Positions 26,601 through 39,040 of a stretch of 64,000 nucleotides of DNA are shown one piece after another. The notes under the pieces are model-generated. The model was not told the origin of the DNA, made no database searches, and worked only from the letters and a program-made list of their open reading frames with translations. Position numbers and translations under genes: made by a program. Within the stretch, counting starts at the first letter, position 1; each line of letters opens with the position of its first letter. Source of the stretch: Felis catus (Eukaryota); assembly GCF_018350175.1 (NCBI RefSeq), contig NC_058369.1:1116001-1180000 (forward strand), given 5' to 3'.

Positions 26601-28398
26601 TGAAAGATGAAAACTTACAAGCAAACAGGGTACAGGGTCCTAAGGTATCGGGAGTTTGCCAGGGAGGCACCACGGAGTTTTTACACCCCCCTGCTTCGTC
26701 TTGTCAAAACTAAATGTACTCCTTGACCCACCGGTTCCACTCCTAAAAAGGTACCCCCCAAATACTCACACGGAACCAGGCAGGTCTGCATATTGTCGCA
26801 TCGTTTGCAATGGGAAAAAAGAAGGCACGAGCCCAAACATGGGTTCCTCAGTTCTGGAGACCGTGGCTGTGGGAGGACAGGCTGCAGAGCGACATGACAG
26901 CCCTTCCCTAAGGCCCTGTCCTCCTCTCACCCCGGGGCTGGGCAGTGGCCACGGAGGGTACCCCGGCTCAGCATCCCTGAGCGACAGCGGCCAGGCCCCG
27001 ACCACCCAGGCCCGACGGGCACGCGCTATGGACACACCGGTGGCTCTGGTGTGTGTTCTGCCCGGTGCCACGCACTGGGGTGTGACAGCACAGAGCCCGC
27101 TGTCCGGCAGGGGCACGTGTGTGTCCAGAGACTGAGCACCCCGGGAGCCCAGGGCCTAAGCCCAGCTGGGATCCCCGAGACTTCTCCTCCTGGGCCATGT
27201 CCCTTGTAAGTGGGGACGGTGGGGACAGCCACCCCGGTGGCCCAGAGTTGGCTTGAGACAGGAGTGCTGAGTGTAAGGGAAGGGGATCCTGACGCTGGGT
27301 TGGCATCCCCAGCTAGGGGGCCCCCCCAGCTCCCAGGTGGGTCCCGCACCCCGACGGGTAACCCGCCCCGCAGGAGCACCCAGGCCTGGGATCAGGGTGC
27401 TCAGTAGGGGCACCACCAGAGGCCCCGTCTCCGGTCCGGGCCCTGCTGGGCAAGTGCTCCTCCAGCAGCCGGCCACTGTCTGGAGGGAACGGGGTGCTCT
27501 GCCGGAATCCTGCCCCCCCCGCCCCCCCCCTCCGCAGTTCACGCGGAGATGGGCGGAGACAGAAAGCAGCCAGGGTTCCACCATCTCCCTCGCGATGACG
27601 CGGGGAAGCAGGGTCGCCAGGGGCAAGGAGAGGTTGGACGGACCGGCCCTCGGGTGCTGGGGACCCCGCACGAAGTCCGGTCTGGGCTCCACGGCCGGGG
27701 CGAGCGGCACCCACACTGCCCCAGACCCGCCCCTCGAAAGGGGCCCGCGCCCGGCGAGGCAGCTGTGTCTGTCACCCCCCACGCAGGCTGTGGGCCCCGG
27801 GGTCTCCGGGCCCCGGGGCGAGCCCAGGCCACGCGACCCAGGGGCCCGCGTCTGAGGTGTGCCGGGTCAGGTGTCTCGGGGGGGGAGGGGGGGGGGACCA
27901 AAGGTGCCGGTGAGCCGCGGGGCGCCCTGCCGGGGTGCGCGCTAAGGGACCTGCCGGGCAGCAGGGGAAGGCTGCCGCCGGGTGTGCACACATGTGTTCT
28001 GGAAAATCCACAAAATGGAGAACCGAAAGTTGGCCCTTCTCCCAGGCAGCCTGGCCCATGGGCCATACCAAGCAGAAAGGAAGGGGGGGCGCATCCTGGA
28101 ATGTACCACAGGCTTCCCCCCATCACTGCTCCGGCATGGCCCAACCCCTCCCCAACTCCCCCACCCCCCCACCCCCAGTCTAGGGGCTGAGGGTGAGCCT
28201 TCCCAGGGCTCCACATGGAAAGAGGAGACCGCGGAGCCCGGGGGCCACAGAGGCCTGCCTTAGTTTATCCCTTCTGAGCAATGGGCAAGACCAGAGGAGA
28301 AAAGCAGGGTGAGCACTCCCCAAGGGCCGGTGCTATTCAAGTCAGACTGAGAACAGCCACCTGCGTCGACCCAGGTCACCACTGTGCCCTGTGCATGG

Positions 28399-28400
<2 letters not shown>

Positions 28401-28439
<39 letters not shown>
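28401..28439 (+). repeat. Poly-G homopolymer (39 G)
   Basis: Direct. Confidence 0.9.
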
Positions 28440-28440
<1 letters not shown>

Positions 28441-28849
28441 GGGCAAACACTGAAGCTTTCAGAGTCCTTTCTATGAGACCGTCACATGGAACTAGCATTG
28501 TGCGTGATATATCCAAGTCCAAGTTGAGAGTCCTCCCTGGACTTTAACGAGCAGAGGCGGGGTCTTGGGACCCTCGGTAAAGAAGGCAGTGGAGTTCGGA
28601 GAACTGCGACAGCACAGAGTCTGGGGACAGACCACTCACACTAGTGCGATAAAGGCAACACTTCCCCCACTCATGCCCTGTCTCTCTCTCTCTGTGTCAA
28701 AAATAAATAAATATGAAAAAAAAAACTTTAAAAAAAGGCAACACTTCAGTAGGGGCGGGAGTGGCCTCTGCCAGAAATGGACTTGGGGTGAATGATTTGG
28801 GGGGGGGGGGGGACACGTTGCTGGTTCCCACCGCACTCCTTCCCAGAAG

Positions 28850-30350
28850 CACTTTCCAAAATTACACCAAAAATTTAAATCTATATTTAAAAAAGAAACC
28901 ATTACATTTCGAGAAAAATACATCCAATGTTTCATCATCTTGGAGTAGAGAAAATATTTCTGAGCATGACACAAAATGAAGGAGCCATAAATGAAAAAAA
29001 ACTAGTAATGACTAATAATGATTTCAAATGCTTGGCCAAATAACTATGAATTTTTTAGAAATAAAAGGAAAAAACACAGTCCGAGTCAAAAACAAATTAC
29101 AGATTGAGGGGGAAAAAAACTTTAAACAGGAAATAGGCTAATTTCCTTCATATGTAAAGTGCTCTTAGAAAACAATAACACCACCGACCCAATGGAAAAA
29201 TGGTTGAAGAACATAAAATACACATGGCTTTTAAACATATACATGTTGGGGCGCCTCGGTGGCTCAGTCGGTTTAAGCATCTGGCTTCGGCTCAGGTCAT
29301 GATCTCATGGTTTGGGGGTTTGAGCCCCACGTCGGGCTTTGTGCTCACAGCTCAGACCCTGGACCTGCTTCAGATTCTGTGTCTCCCTCTCTCTGCCTCT
29401 CCCCTGCTCGTTCTCTCTCTCTCAAAAATAAACATTAAAAAAATTAAAAATAAATAAATATATACATGTTTATATGTACAGACTTTCCAGTTTTGAAATG
29501 ACTATACCATAAAAATAAATCTGACAAAACCATTGAGATGTTTGATTGTACTTCTAGGAAACCCAAACAAAGCTACGATGAAATACTACTTTGGGGCGCC
29601 TGGGTGGGTGTCAGTTAAGTGTCCGACTTCAGCTCAGGTCATATCTCACAGTCCGTGGGTTCCAGCCCCAGGTCGGGCTCTGTGCTGACAGCTCAGGGCC
29701 TGAAACCTGCTTCGGATCCTGTGTCTCCCTCTCTCCTCTGCCCCTCCCCCGCTCACATTCTGTCTTGCTGTATCAAAAAAAATAAATAAATGTAAAAAAA
29801 TAAAAATAAAAAAATACTATTTTACGCCTACCAGATCTGCAAAATCAAGCATCAGGTGCAGGACCCTAGGCCCCTCCTTTGGTGGTGGGAGGCAATTTGG
29901 TATGACCTGTTGAGAGATCACACAGGCATTTAGAGACCTACGAAAAGCCCTTTGACCTAGCACTCCTGCACTAAAGAATTTAGCCTACAAAAACATTCCT
30001 ACTTGGGTACAAAGACTTTTGTACAAGGATAATCGGTCTAGCGTTGCTTATTACAAAAAGCCTAGAAAGAACCTAAATTTCTACCCAATTATAGGACTAA
30101 CACAATATGGTGCTTCAATGCAAACAAACGACCTAGATCTCTACGTCAGAACACGAACAATGCTCTCCAAGCTATGCTGAGTAACAGGATCCCATGTACA
30201 GTGAGCAGAGTTTTGTATAAATACACTGGATGCACAAACATAGGTTTTCTGTGTTAACATATAAGAAACTGCCCCAGGAAAGGCGAGCCAGGTCTTGGAG
30301 GTCAGGGGTCGGAAGGATGCCAAGTTTTCACCCAACACCGTTACAAACTC
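28850..30350 (+). mobile_element. Old L1M(E)-like fragment with two inserted CAN-SINEs (~29248-29460, ~29592-29815)
   Basis: AT-rich island with 'acccaatggaaaaatgg', 'ccctttgacctagcactcc' and 'tgtacaaggat...aacctaaat' L1 3' motifs. Confidence 0.65.
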
Positions 30351-30779
30351 CAACTTTTTTACTCTGTGTATCTGAAAACATTTTTGTTCCAATTCTAAGC
30401 AAATTGCTTTCAACTTGATGCATTTGTGGATCCCGGACTCTCAGGGAGTTTGCATTCTGATGGGATCAAAAGACAACATGCTCTGTGACAAGTGCAGCAC
30501 CTCGGGGTGGGGGGGGGGGAGCACGAGGGGACGGATGCACTTTGGGGAAGAAATACTGTAGCAAGAAACATTAGCCATGCTGGGGTCATCCGCACGAAGC
30601 CCGGACGTAGTGAGGGCATATCAGTCACAAAGACCAACCCGAGCAAAGGCCCTGTGGTGGGAAGGGCGGAGGAGAGCTGGGCCCCTAGACTACTCCAGCG
30701 AGTACACATCTCACGTCCAGTTTTGCTTGTAGGCGTCCCTTCTTATCACAAATGACACTAGACTCCCAGCAAGAGGGCC

Positions 30780-31300
30780 GGGCCTGGGCTCCACCGGCAG
30801 GGTGGGCCCCGAGAGTAGCCTGAAGGGGGTGGGGGGGACCCCTCGCGCCGTCGGCGGCCGGTCACCCCGCCACGGTGGCAGCAGCCTGCGCGCTCTGAGC
30901 ACCCCGAGCCCCGAGTCCCACAGGCGCGCGGCCCCGCTCGGCGTCCATTCCGCTGGCCCCGGACACTCCCGCTCCGCGCGTGGGGAAGACGAGGCGCGCA
31001 GGAGGACGCGGGAGCCGGGCGGGCTGACGGGGTCCGAGCCGCCGCCACTTACCACCGACGCCGCCACCTCCTCCGGGATCCGGCCGCCGCCGCCGCCGCC
31101 GCCGCCGCCGAGCGCGCGAAAGCCGCCTCTTCCGTTTCCGCCCTGGCCCCACCCCTCTCGGCGTCGCCCCGCCCCTGGACCGAAGTACCTCCCCCCCCTC
31201 CCTTAAAGGGGCCGCGAAACCCAGGAAGCCCCGGACTAGGGCAATGTGGAAGCAGCTCTGGGTCCTGGCCTCGCCACCGCCTGGTGCCGCAACACACGCT
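30780..31300 (-). promoter_or_regulatory. Orphan CpG-island promoter with candidate first exon (~31140 to 31053)
   Basis: Minus strand reads CGGAAACGGAAG (ETS), TTTCGCGC (E2F), (CGG)9, then donor GTG|GTAAGT at 31053/31052. Confidence 0.6.
31083..31109 (+). repeat. (GCC)9 trinucleotide repeat
   Basis: Direct. Confidence 0.95.
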
Positions 31301-31988
31301 GAGCTGCCAGGAATGACAGGCCTTCCCGCTCTAGGGTGGCGCAGAGGGCACTCCAGGAGCTGGTGGTGAGTGGGCCTCTAGCTGAGGTCCAGGGAGACCC
31401 TGGCTCAGCCCTGCATTCAATGACACCCCAGGAGGACATAGCTCGGATGGCCCCAGCCCTAGTCCCGTTTCCTGGAGAGCCCCTACGGGGGGCTCTCTGT
31501 GGGGGTCCGGGAACGGGGAATGAGGGGGGGGGTTATAGGGGACACCTAGGATGGGCGGGACAATTAGGGCAGCCCTGAGGTTGCACTGTATCTCCCAGAC
31601 CTCAACATCCTCTTCTACTACATGGGAACGGGTGACCTTACCGGGGCGCCAGAACAGGCTGACCTCAGACCCACTGTTGCCACCCCTGGTATGCTGGGAG
31701 CCCACCACCCTCCCAGGAGGCGCACCGGAGAAGGCAGGCACGGGTCCCGGGTTCAAAAGCTGCCTTACCCCTCCATCACCACCCAAGAAACCAGGAGCCT
31801 CAAGGGGTGCCTCGGCTGGGCCTCAAAGCCCAACCCTTCTTCCACAGTGGCAGTGGCTTGACCTCTGCATTTGTGCCGAAATGTCCTGGAAGTTTAGGGG
31901 CGAAGCCCAGCTCCCTCTTCCAACTCGCTGGGCCCTGGGAGAGCGCGCACGAACCACGAAAGGGAGAGGAATCCTAAAATTTTAAATC

Positions 31989-31994
31989 TTTAAT
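31989..31994 (-). terminator. ABHD17A: ABHD17A polyadenylation signal (ATTAAA)
   Basis: ATTAAA ~230 nt after the stop, followed by A/T-rich then U-rich sequence. Confidence 0.75.
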
Positions 31995-32224
31995 TTGTGT
32001 TCACGTTTTTCCTTCTTTCTGCTTCCAAAAGGAAAGGAGAGCGTAGCTCCGCGCCTGTACATCGTCCACGGCCCCTGGGCTGGGGCAGGTCCCGGCCCCC
32101 TAACCCTCCAGCTGCCTCGGAGGACCGGGGTGCCCGAGGGTTCACATGCAGCCCCCGGGCCGGGGCGGGGGCAAGGTCCAGGCGCCGCCTTATTGCTGAA
32201 GTCCCGGTGCGGCTCCGGGCTAGG

Positions 32225-32470
32225 CTAGGCGNNNNNNNNNNNNNNNNNNNNNNNNNNNNNNNNNNNNNNNNNNNNNNNNNNNNNNNNNNNNNNNNNNNNN
32301 NNNNNNNNNNNNNNNNNNNNNNNNNNNNNNNNNNNNNNNNNNNNNNNNNNNNNNNNNNNNNNNNNNNNNNNNNNNNNNNNNNNNNNNGCCCGTGGGAGAA
32401 GTCGATTACTTCGTCCTCCGTGCCGTGGATGATGAGCACCGGTGACGTGATCTTGGACACCTTCTCGATG
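32225..32470 (-). CDS. ABHD17A: ABHD17A last coding exon (partly in N gap 32232-32387)
   Basis: Acceptor ccctacag|C. Translates [27 protein letters not shown] (catalytic Asp region). After the gap, C GCC TAG fits the expected ...RA* end. Confidence 0.88.
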   Translation of the reverse strand, partial: HREGVQDHVTGAHHPRHGGRSNRLLPRXXXXXXXXXXXXXXXXXXXXXXXXXXXXXXXXXXXXXXXXXXXXXXXXXXXXXA

Positions 32471-32569
32471 CTGTAGGGCAGGGCGCGTCAAGTCTGGAAG
32501 CAGCGCCCGCCCCGCGGAAGCCCCGCCCCCGGCCTCCCGCCCCGCCCCCCCCACCCTCCCCTCTCTCAC

Positions 32570-32749
32570 TTGGGGAACGCATCGAAGCAGTAGGTCTTCT
32601 TGGTGTCAGGGAAGGCAACGCGCATGCCTGAGGTGAGCGGCGAGTGCAGCACCACTGCAGCGCACTCGTAGCGAGAGGCCAGGTCCACGGTGGGCACCGT
32701 GCCGATGCTCTGCCCATACAGGACGATGCTGTCCGGGCTGATGCCGTAC
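32570..32749 (-). CDS. ABHD17A: ABHD17A coding exon carrying the nucleophile elbow
   Basis: 180 nt, AG/GT flanked. [59 protein letters not shown] contains GxSxG. Confidence 0.95.
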
Positions 32750-34100
32750 CTGGCAGTGGGGCAGGGTCAGCCGCGTCCAGCAGCAGCCTGGGCGAGTGAG
32801 CTGCATGCGCGCGCGCACAACCCCCCCCCCCCCCCCCCCCCCCCCCCCGCCTGCCCTCCTGGGGCAGTCCCCCCTCCAACCTTCCTGCACAGCCTCCAAG
32901 CAGTAGGGTTGGGCCCAGTGACAAGCCCCCTACCCCCACCCCTGTCCCCATTAATGAACAAGTCTGCTCAGTAGGAAAGTAGGGCCTGGGTAGGTGTGCA
33001 GACAGGTGGCCCTAACCCTGCCTCACCAACAGTACCAATTTGGACCACACATGCCGAGTGCCCTTGGTGAGGGCCCCAAGGCCACGCCTGGGCTCCTGGG
33101 GGCAGGGCAGGCCCTGAGGCCTCTCCTGCTCTCCACCCCCCAACACCTACCCCCCACAAACACACTTGCCCAGGGACACACCCAGTTCCCAGTAGCACAT
33201 AGGGAACAGGTCCCTCCTGGCATTCCTCGCCCATCCCTTAGCCACGGGAAGTCATGGCAGTCATGCCCCCTGCCTTATCGGCCCCTTGGTTGCAGCCCCT
33301 TGGTGTCGGCACGTCCACCTTATCACAACACCGGCAGACCAAGAAGAGTGTCTCCCGCAGGCTGGTGGGCACCACCTCCTTCTCGGGGCACCTTCCCTAC
33401 AGCGTGGCCGGGTCCCGAGCCTCCTCAGCACCAGCTCCCACGTCCAGGCCCCAGCCTCTTCCCCCACCCTGCCACCACCCCCAAGAGTCTCACCCTCCAC
33501 CCCCAGCACAGCTGATCCAGCCCCAAGACAACTCCACAGCCTGCAAATGCCCGTTCCCATCTGGCTGGGGACCCACTAGCCACCCTCCCCAGGTACGAGG
33601 CCTCCACAGACCTGGACCCCAACATACCAAGGGAACACCCCTCTGCTACACCTCATCTGTGCAGCCCACCCAGGCACCAAGAGTCCACCTCCCTGTCCAC
33701 CCAGGGGCCGTCCACACCTGTCTCTGTCCCGGCGACCTTCCAGGTTAACAATCGCCTGGCCCTGAGCTTCAGGAATGCCACGTGGCCTTCTGCCTGCCAC
33801 CCCGCCGCTCCTCCTCAGCCTGCTCCCCGGACACGGAAGCTACCACTGCACTGAGCACCAGCCGGTCCAGCCCTAACACTCGGACACACGAGAGGCAGAC
33901 GGAGAAGCAAATCTTCCCCAGGCCTCCCCAGCCCCTGGTCACCAGTGGGGCCCAAGCCTCCTGCCCTCCTACTGATTCTCTCTCTGCGGGATCAGGTCTC
34001 TGGAGGACGGTGCTGGCCACAGGACAGATGGGCTGGATGGACAGAGCTCAGATCCCTCACACCACAGTGCAGTGTGGTTCTGCCAGCCACCAGCAGCCAG

Positions 34101-34504
34101 CAGGAGCAGCACCAGGGACTGAGGACCAGCACCAGCAGCAGGAGCAGCACAAGGGACTGAGGACCAGCACCACCGGCAGGAGCAGCACAAGGGACTGAGG
34201 ACCAACACCGCCAGCAGGAGCAGCACAAGGGACTGAGGACCAACACCGCCAGCAGGAGCAGCACAAGGGACTGAGGACTAGCACCATCGGCAGGAGCAGC
34301 ACAAGGGACTGAGGACCAACACCGCCAGCAGGAACAGCACAAGGGACTGAGGACCAGCACCGCCAGCAGGAGCAGCACCAGGGACTGAGGACCAGCACCA
34401 CCAGCAGGAGCAGCACAAGGGACTGAGGACCAGCACCACCGGCAGGAGCAGCACCAGGGACTGAGGACCAGCACCGCCGGCAGGAGCAGCACCAGGGACT
34501 GAGG
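34101..34504 (+). repeat. 38-bp minisatellite (~10.6 copies) in an ABHD17A intron
   Basis: Unit CAGGAGCAGCAC(A/C)AGGGACTGAGGACCAGCACC(A/G)CC(A/G)G starts at 34101, 34139, 34177 ... 34481. Confidence 0.95.
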
Positions 34505-35524
34505 AAGCCGAGGACAGCACGTACCTGCACCACGCTGCCCACGCTTGGTCCCCAGTGCCAGGGCTGTGCCAGGGGACCCCACTCCTGGGGCCTGCAGCAG
34601 GAACTGCCTGGTGCATCACTTGGGCAACCAGGGTCCCCACCTCCCCAGGCCAAGCTGACTTTGGTCCCTGCAGGAATGGTCGGGGGGGGGGGGGGAGTGG
34701 CAGGTCGGGCAGGCAGGGCTGAGATGGGGCAGCCCCAGCCCCAAGAAGGCAGTGGACAGGGCCCCGTGTCTGGGAGGGCCAGAGTCAGGGTGGCCTCCTT
34801 CCAGAGGAATCTCTGGGCTCAGCGACCAAGCAAATGAGCTTCAGTGAGAGAGGAAGGGGGCTGTCTGGGATCTAAATAAACAGGATTGGGGGGGGGGGTG
34901 TCCAGGGAAGGGGGCTTGGCCGAGGCCCTGGTGGCCCTCAGTCAAGCACAGAGGTATGTGCCTCTGCTTGCTAGCCTCCCACCGGCCCCCAGATGCTGTG
35001 CTGGACACCAAACTGCCTGACAGAACCTTCTGGAACTCTTCAGAACCCTCTAGGCCCAGAGGAGCCCTGCCCTGAGGAGGAGGCCACCGTCAGTGGCCAT
35101 GCATGCCTCACGGGTCAGCCCTGAGAACCATGACAGAGCAGCCCTACTCCTCCCTGCACCCCAAATGCTCCCTGGCCCCAGGACTCTGAGTATTTTCTCA
35201 GAGCCCACACAGCCCACCTCCTGGGCCCAGGTCCTCTATCCACCCCGTGCAGGCAGAGCCCCCACTCCCCTAGGTACAGCCCATCTATACCCCTGCCGGA
35301 CAAGGGGTTCCCGGGAGGGGAGGGCAGATCTGAAGACTGCCCGCCCCACCTCCCCGCACACCAGCATGCCTGTCGCCACACCAAGGGGACACACGTCAGA
35401 CCTCACCCTGCCGCCCAGTGTGGCCGCTGATGGCCCTCTCCTGAGGACCACCCCCCAGGGCCTCCCCAGGGAGGCCGGCCTGAGGCCCCGGGTGCTCACC
35501 CGCTACGCCCCACACACAGCTCAC

Positions 35525-35719
35525 CTGGTGCGCAGCGCCTGCCAGGCGGCGTCGATGTCGGCATACAGGTTCTTCTCGGAGGGCTTGCCCGAGCTCACGC
35601 CGTAGCCAGAGTAGTCGTAGGAGAAGATGTTGCAGTTGATGCGCGAGCCCAGGCCGATGTAGAAGCTGCTCATCTGGCCCAGGTCCACCGCGTTGCCGTG
35701 CGAGAAGAGAACCGTGTAC
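35525..35719 (-). CDS. ABHD17A: ABHD17A coding exon
   Basis: 195 nt with [68 protein letters not shown]. Confidence 0.96.
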
Positions 35720-36917
35720 CTGGGGGGTCGGGGCGGGGGGGGGGGGGAGGTCAGAGGGCAAGGGAGGCTCCCAGCCGCCCCGTGGACGAGAGCACCAATG
35801 CGGGAGAGAGGCCGCCTCTGCCACAAAGTGGCCTGGCTCCTCTGGCCATGAGGGCTTCCCCTCCGTGAAGGGGGACTGCTGGCCATGGCCTCAGCACAGG
35901 GTGGACCCACGGCTCAGCAAGTCAGTGACCGCCGCACCTCTATTGCCCAGGGACAGCAGCTCTCTCCTCTGGAATCACTCCTTTTAGAGGGACTCTGACA
36001 GCCCAAGGATGGCATGCACGTGTGCCCGCTGCCTGGAACCTTCCAGAGAATGAGACAGCGGCTGCTCCTCTCGACAGCCGGCCCCCACCCTTGCCCCCAC
36101 AAACGAACCAGATCAACCCCTGTTCACACCATCTCCTCCCCTCCTACAGAACATGACCCCAAAACTCATTTCCGCCCTGCCATGCTGCTGGCCATCAGGA
36201 CCTGCCCCAGGTCAGCCCGACAGGCTGGATCCTGGCCAACGCACTCCTACAGTCTTCTTCCTGCAGCACCCCTGGGCCCCAGCCTAGCTAAAAGGTAAAA
36301 GCTTGCCCTTTGAGCTCAGATCTGGACTCAGACCCCGCCCGGTCTAAAGGCAGAGACACCTCTTTCCCGCTGTCTACTCAAGGAAGAGCTGTGCCTCCGG
36401 GCTTCAAGGACACTCTAAATGAGGAGGCAGACTTGGCCTGAGCCACCTGCCAGGCCTCAAGTGCCCTGGCCCTGAAGCAGATGCCAAGTCCTCACTGAGC
36501 ACCAAGCACCCAGGAGCCCTTCCCTGGGCAGGTGAGCACGGAGACCCTGAAGCAGGCGGCTCCTTGTCAGGCAGGTGCGACAAGGCCACCCAGGAACCCC
36601 CCCCCAACAGCCCCAGGGTACTCCTCCGTGACGGGGCTGGGGCTGCACGTGGCAGGGCACTCGCCAGTAAGGGCCCAGGCAGTCCCACGTGGCTCTGCTC
36701 TTGGTGGATCCCATTTGCCACCCCTTTGGCAACAAGAATCCCCGGGGCACCTGCGCCGCCTGACGGGCTTTCGCCCCGGCTCCGGCCTGTGGGGAACGGC
36801 CTCCGGCGGGACACCAGGGGCCCGAGGACGGGACACATTCTGCTTCTGCACCGGGAACCTCTCGGGCCTCCCTCCGGGCACTGTCCGGACCCCGTGCCGT
36901 CCTTCCGTGACGCTCAC

Positions 36918-37249
36918 CTGGCGCCGGGCACGCAGCGCACGTACATGCAGGAGACGCGGTTGCCCCGGCTGCTCTTGGTCAGGAAGACCTCGATGGTGTC
37001 CAGCTCGCGCTGGCTGTACTGGAAATCAGCACGCTCCATCAGGTGGAGCTTCCAGCGCCCCGGGCTGCCGGCGGAGGCCCGCAGGGTCCCCGAGGGGGCG
37101 GCCCCAGCTCCACCGGGCCCCGGCTCGGGCTCGGGCACCAGCGAGTAGGTAGGCTCCGGCGGCAGGAAGGCGAGCTTGGCAGCAATGCGGCCGGGGCAGG
37201 GCGGGCAGCAGAAAAGGCAGCAGAGCTCGCTCACTGACAGGCCGTTCAT
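36918..37249 (-). CDS. ABHD17A: ABHD17A first coding segment (exon 2 begins at 37439); depalmitoylase with N-terminal Cys cluster
   Basis: [37 protein letters not shown]...YVRCVPGA(R). Donor CAG|GTGAGC; upstream acceptor ttccctctgcag|G at 37440/37439. Confidence 0.96.
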
Positions 37250-38859
37250 GGCGGGCGCCGGGCCCCAGGGCGGGCCTCGCTTGGCAGGGGAGGGGTGGGG
37301 GTGCTCTGAGATGCGGGCAGGGCGGAGGGCAGCCCCCAGCCACTGCCCCAGACGAGAGCCCCCTTAGGAGGCTGCAGCCCAGCCCCATCGTGGTCCAAGC
37401 CGAGCCCTCGGGAGCCTCGCAGCCTTGCGTCTCCACGTCCTGCAGAGGGAAACCCTGGGGAGGGGGGGGGGAAGCGAGAAACGGGGTTCCCTCGGGGTTC
37501 CGCTGGGACACGGTGACCCGATCTTGTCTGTACCAAGCCTCTCGGCCTTCCCCGCAGCCCAGTCCACCCTCTCCCACTCAAACTGGTCCGCTCTCGGCCC
37601 CATGGGCCTGGGGGCTCAGCTCGTCATCCACAGGGACCACGTACCCCCCATATGCCCTTTGTGGGACCCAAAGCCAACCGGACCCCCACCTGCTGCACCC
37701 TTTCCCAGCATGCAGTCACCAACTCTTGCCAGGTAAGCCCCCCCAGTCAGCCCAGCCTCGGCCAGCAGGCTGTACTGGGCAATCAGACCCCTGGCTCACG
37801 CCAGCTCTCCCCCACACAGCCCCTGCTCTGGGCGCAGAGAGACCCCGGTGCTCTCCCTACGCCTCTGTTCACACAGCCGGCCCAGACTCCCCCACCCCCC
37901 CAGCCCATCTCCAGGCCATCCTTCAAGGATTCATCTGCCACCAACCCCAGGTGACACACCGCAGCCAAGGCAAGGACAGACTGCCAACTGAAGGGACTCG
38001 GACCCAAGAGCATGCTCACAGGGGCCGGGCCTCGAGGGGCAGGACTGCAACGTCCAGAGACAGTGGAGCCCAGGCAGAGGAAATACAAGAAACAAAGGCT
38101 CTGGTAACAAAAGCAGGATACATCTAGAGGCTGGGAAGGCCTACTGAGCTCGGACAATGGCTGGGCCCTGTGCTGGGGCCAGGCTGCGGGGGAGGGGGGC
38201 ACTGGAGCCCTAATGGCTTCCTTCTCCAGCTCAACGGAGGGCTCTGTGACCTTGGGCAAGGCTCCTTCCTTCCCTGGGCCTCAGTTTCCTCACCTACTGG
38301 GGAAGACAACACTGCCTCCCACGGGGACTTAGTGAGAAGTAGGTGGTGGACGGGGGGGCGTGGCTCAGAGGCGGCACAGTAAGTCACAGACTACAGCTAA
38401 ATCACTAACAGTCCCACAGGGAGTTGCCAACAGAGACTGTAAGAAATACAAAGCCTTGAGAAAATAACTACTTACTAGGCTTTTCCTTACAGACTGGAAC
38501 GCTCACAACTCACTTTCAGCAGCACAGCACCTTGGCACACGCAGTTTTGGGGCCGTGGCATTTGAAAACCACCGGGCCGGGGACACACAGATTCAGGGCG
38601 GACCAGAGCAGGCTGAGGCCCAGAGACACACGTGCTCCCTCTGGGCCTGTGATCTGGTGCCAAGGTCAGGAGAGAGCCACAGCCACAGCCTGAGTTTGCC
38701 CAGAGTCTGGGCACACAGGAGGGAGTGGGAGGGCCCAGGTGGGGACACCAGGAGGGGACACCAGGCAGCTTCCAGGGTCCCTGAACTCGCAGGTGGGACG
38801 CACACTTTACGTGCAAGCATCCTTTGGAGGACAGAGTCTATCGTACCTGTTCTCAGGTA

Positions 38860-39040
38860 AGAGTTTGTCCCCAGGACACCTGCCAACTCCTGGGGACACT
38901 TTGGGTTGTGACAAGTGGGGAAGGGTGTTCGCATTCCTGAGGGGGTGGGGGCCAGAGATGCTGATGGACGCTCTCCAGAGCACAGGATGTCCTCCCCCAT
39001 TACCCCAAGGGAGTTATCCGTCCCCAAGTGTCAACCAGTC
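38860..39040 (-). mobile_element. MER20-like DNA transposon
   Basis: 'ggggacactttgggttgtgacaag...ggccagagatgctg...cacaggat...ccccaagtgtcaa'. Confidence 0.6.

Noticed and set aside
27300-27960. CpG-rich patch with 170-225 aa ORFs
   Set aside because: No splice structure or recognizable protein; possibly an enhancer, but I found no specific supporting motif.
32225-32390. Apparent frameshift or read-through at the ABHD17A C-terminus
   Set aside because: Caused by the estimated N-gap length. C GCC TAG right after the gap fits the normal end, so this is not a pseudogene.
34101-34504. CRISPR-like array, or Cys/Leu-rich repeat proteins in ORFs 33969-34653
   Set aside because: Units are contiguous with no unique spacers, there are no cas genes and the context is a mammalian intron. 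The 38-nt period is not a multiple of 3, so the ORFs are VNTR artefacts.
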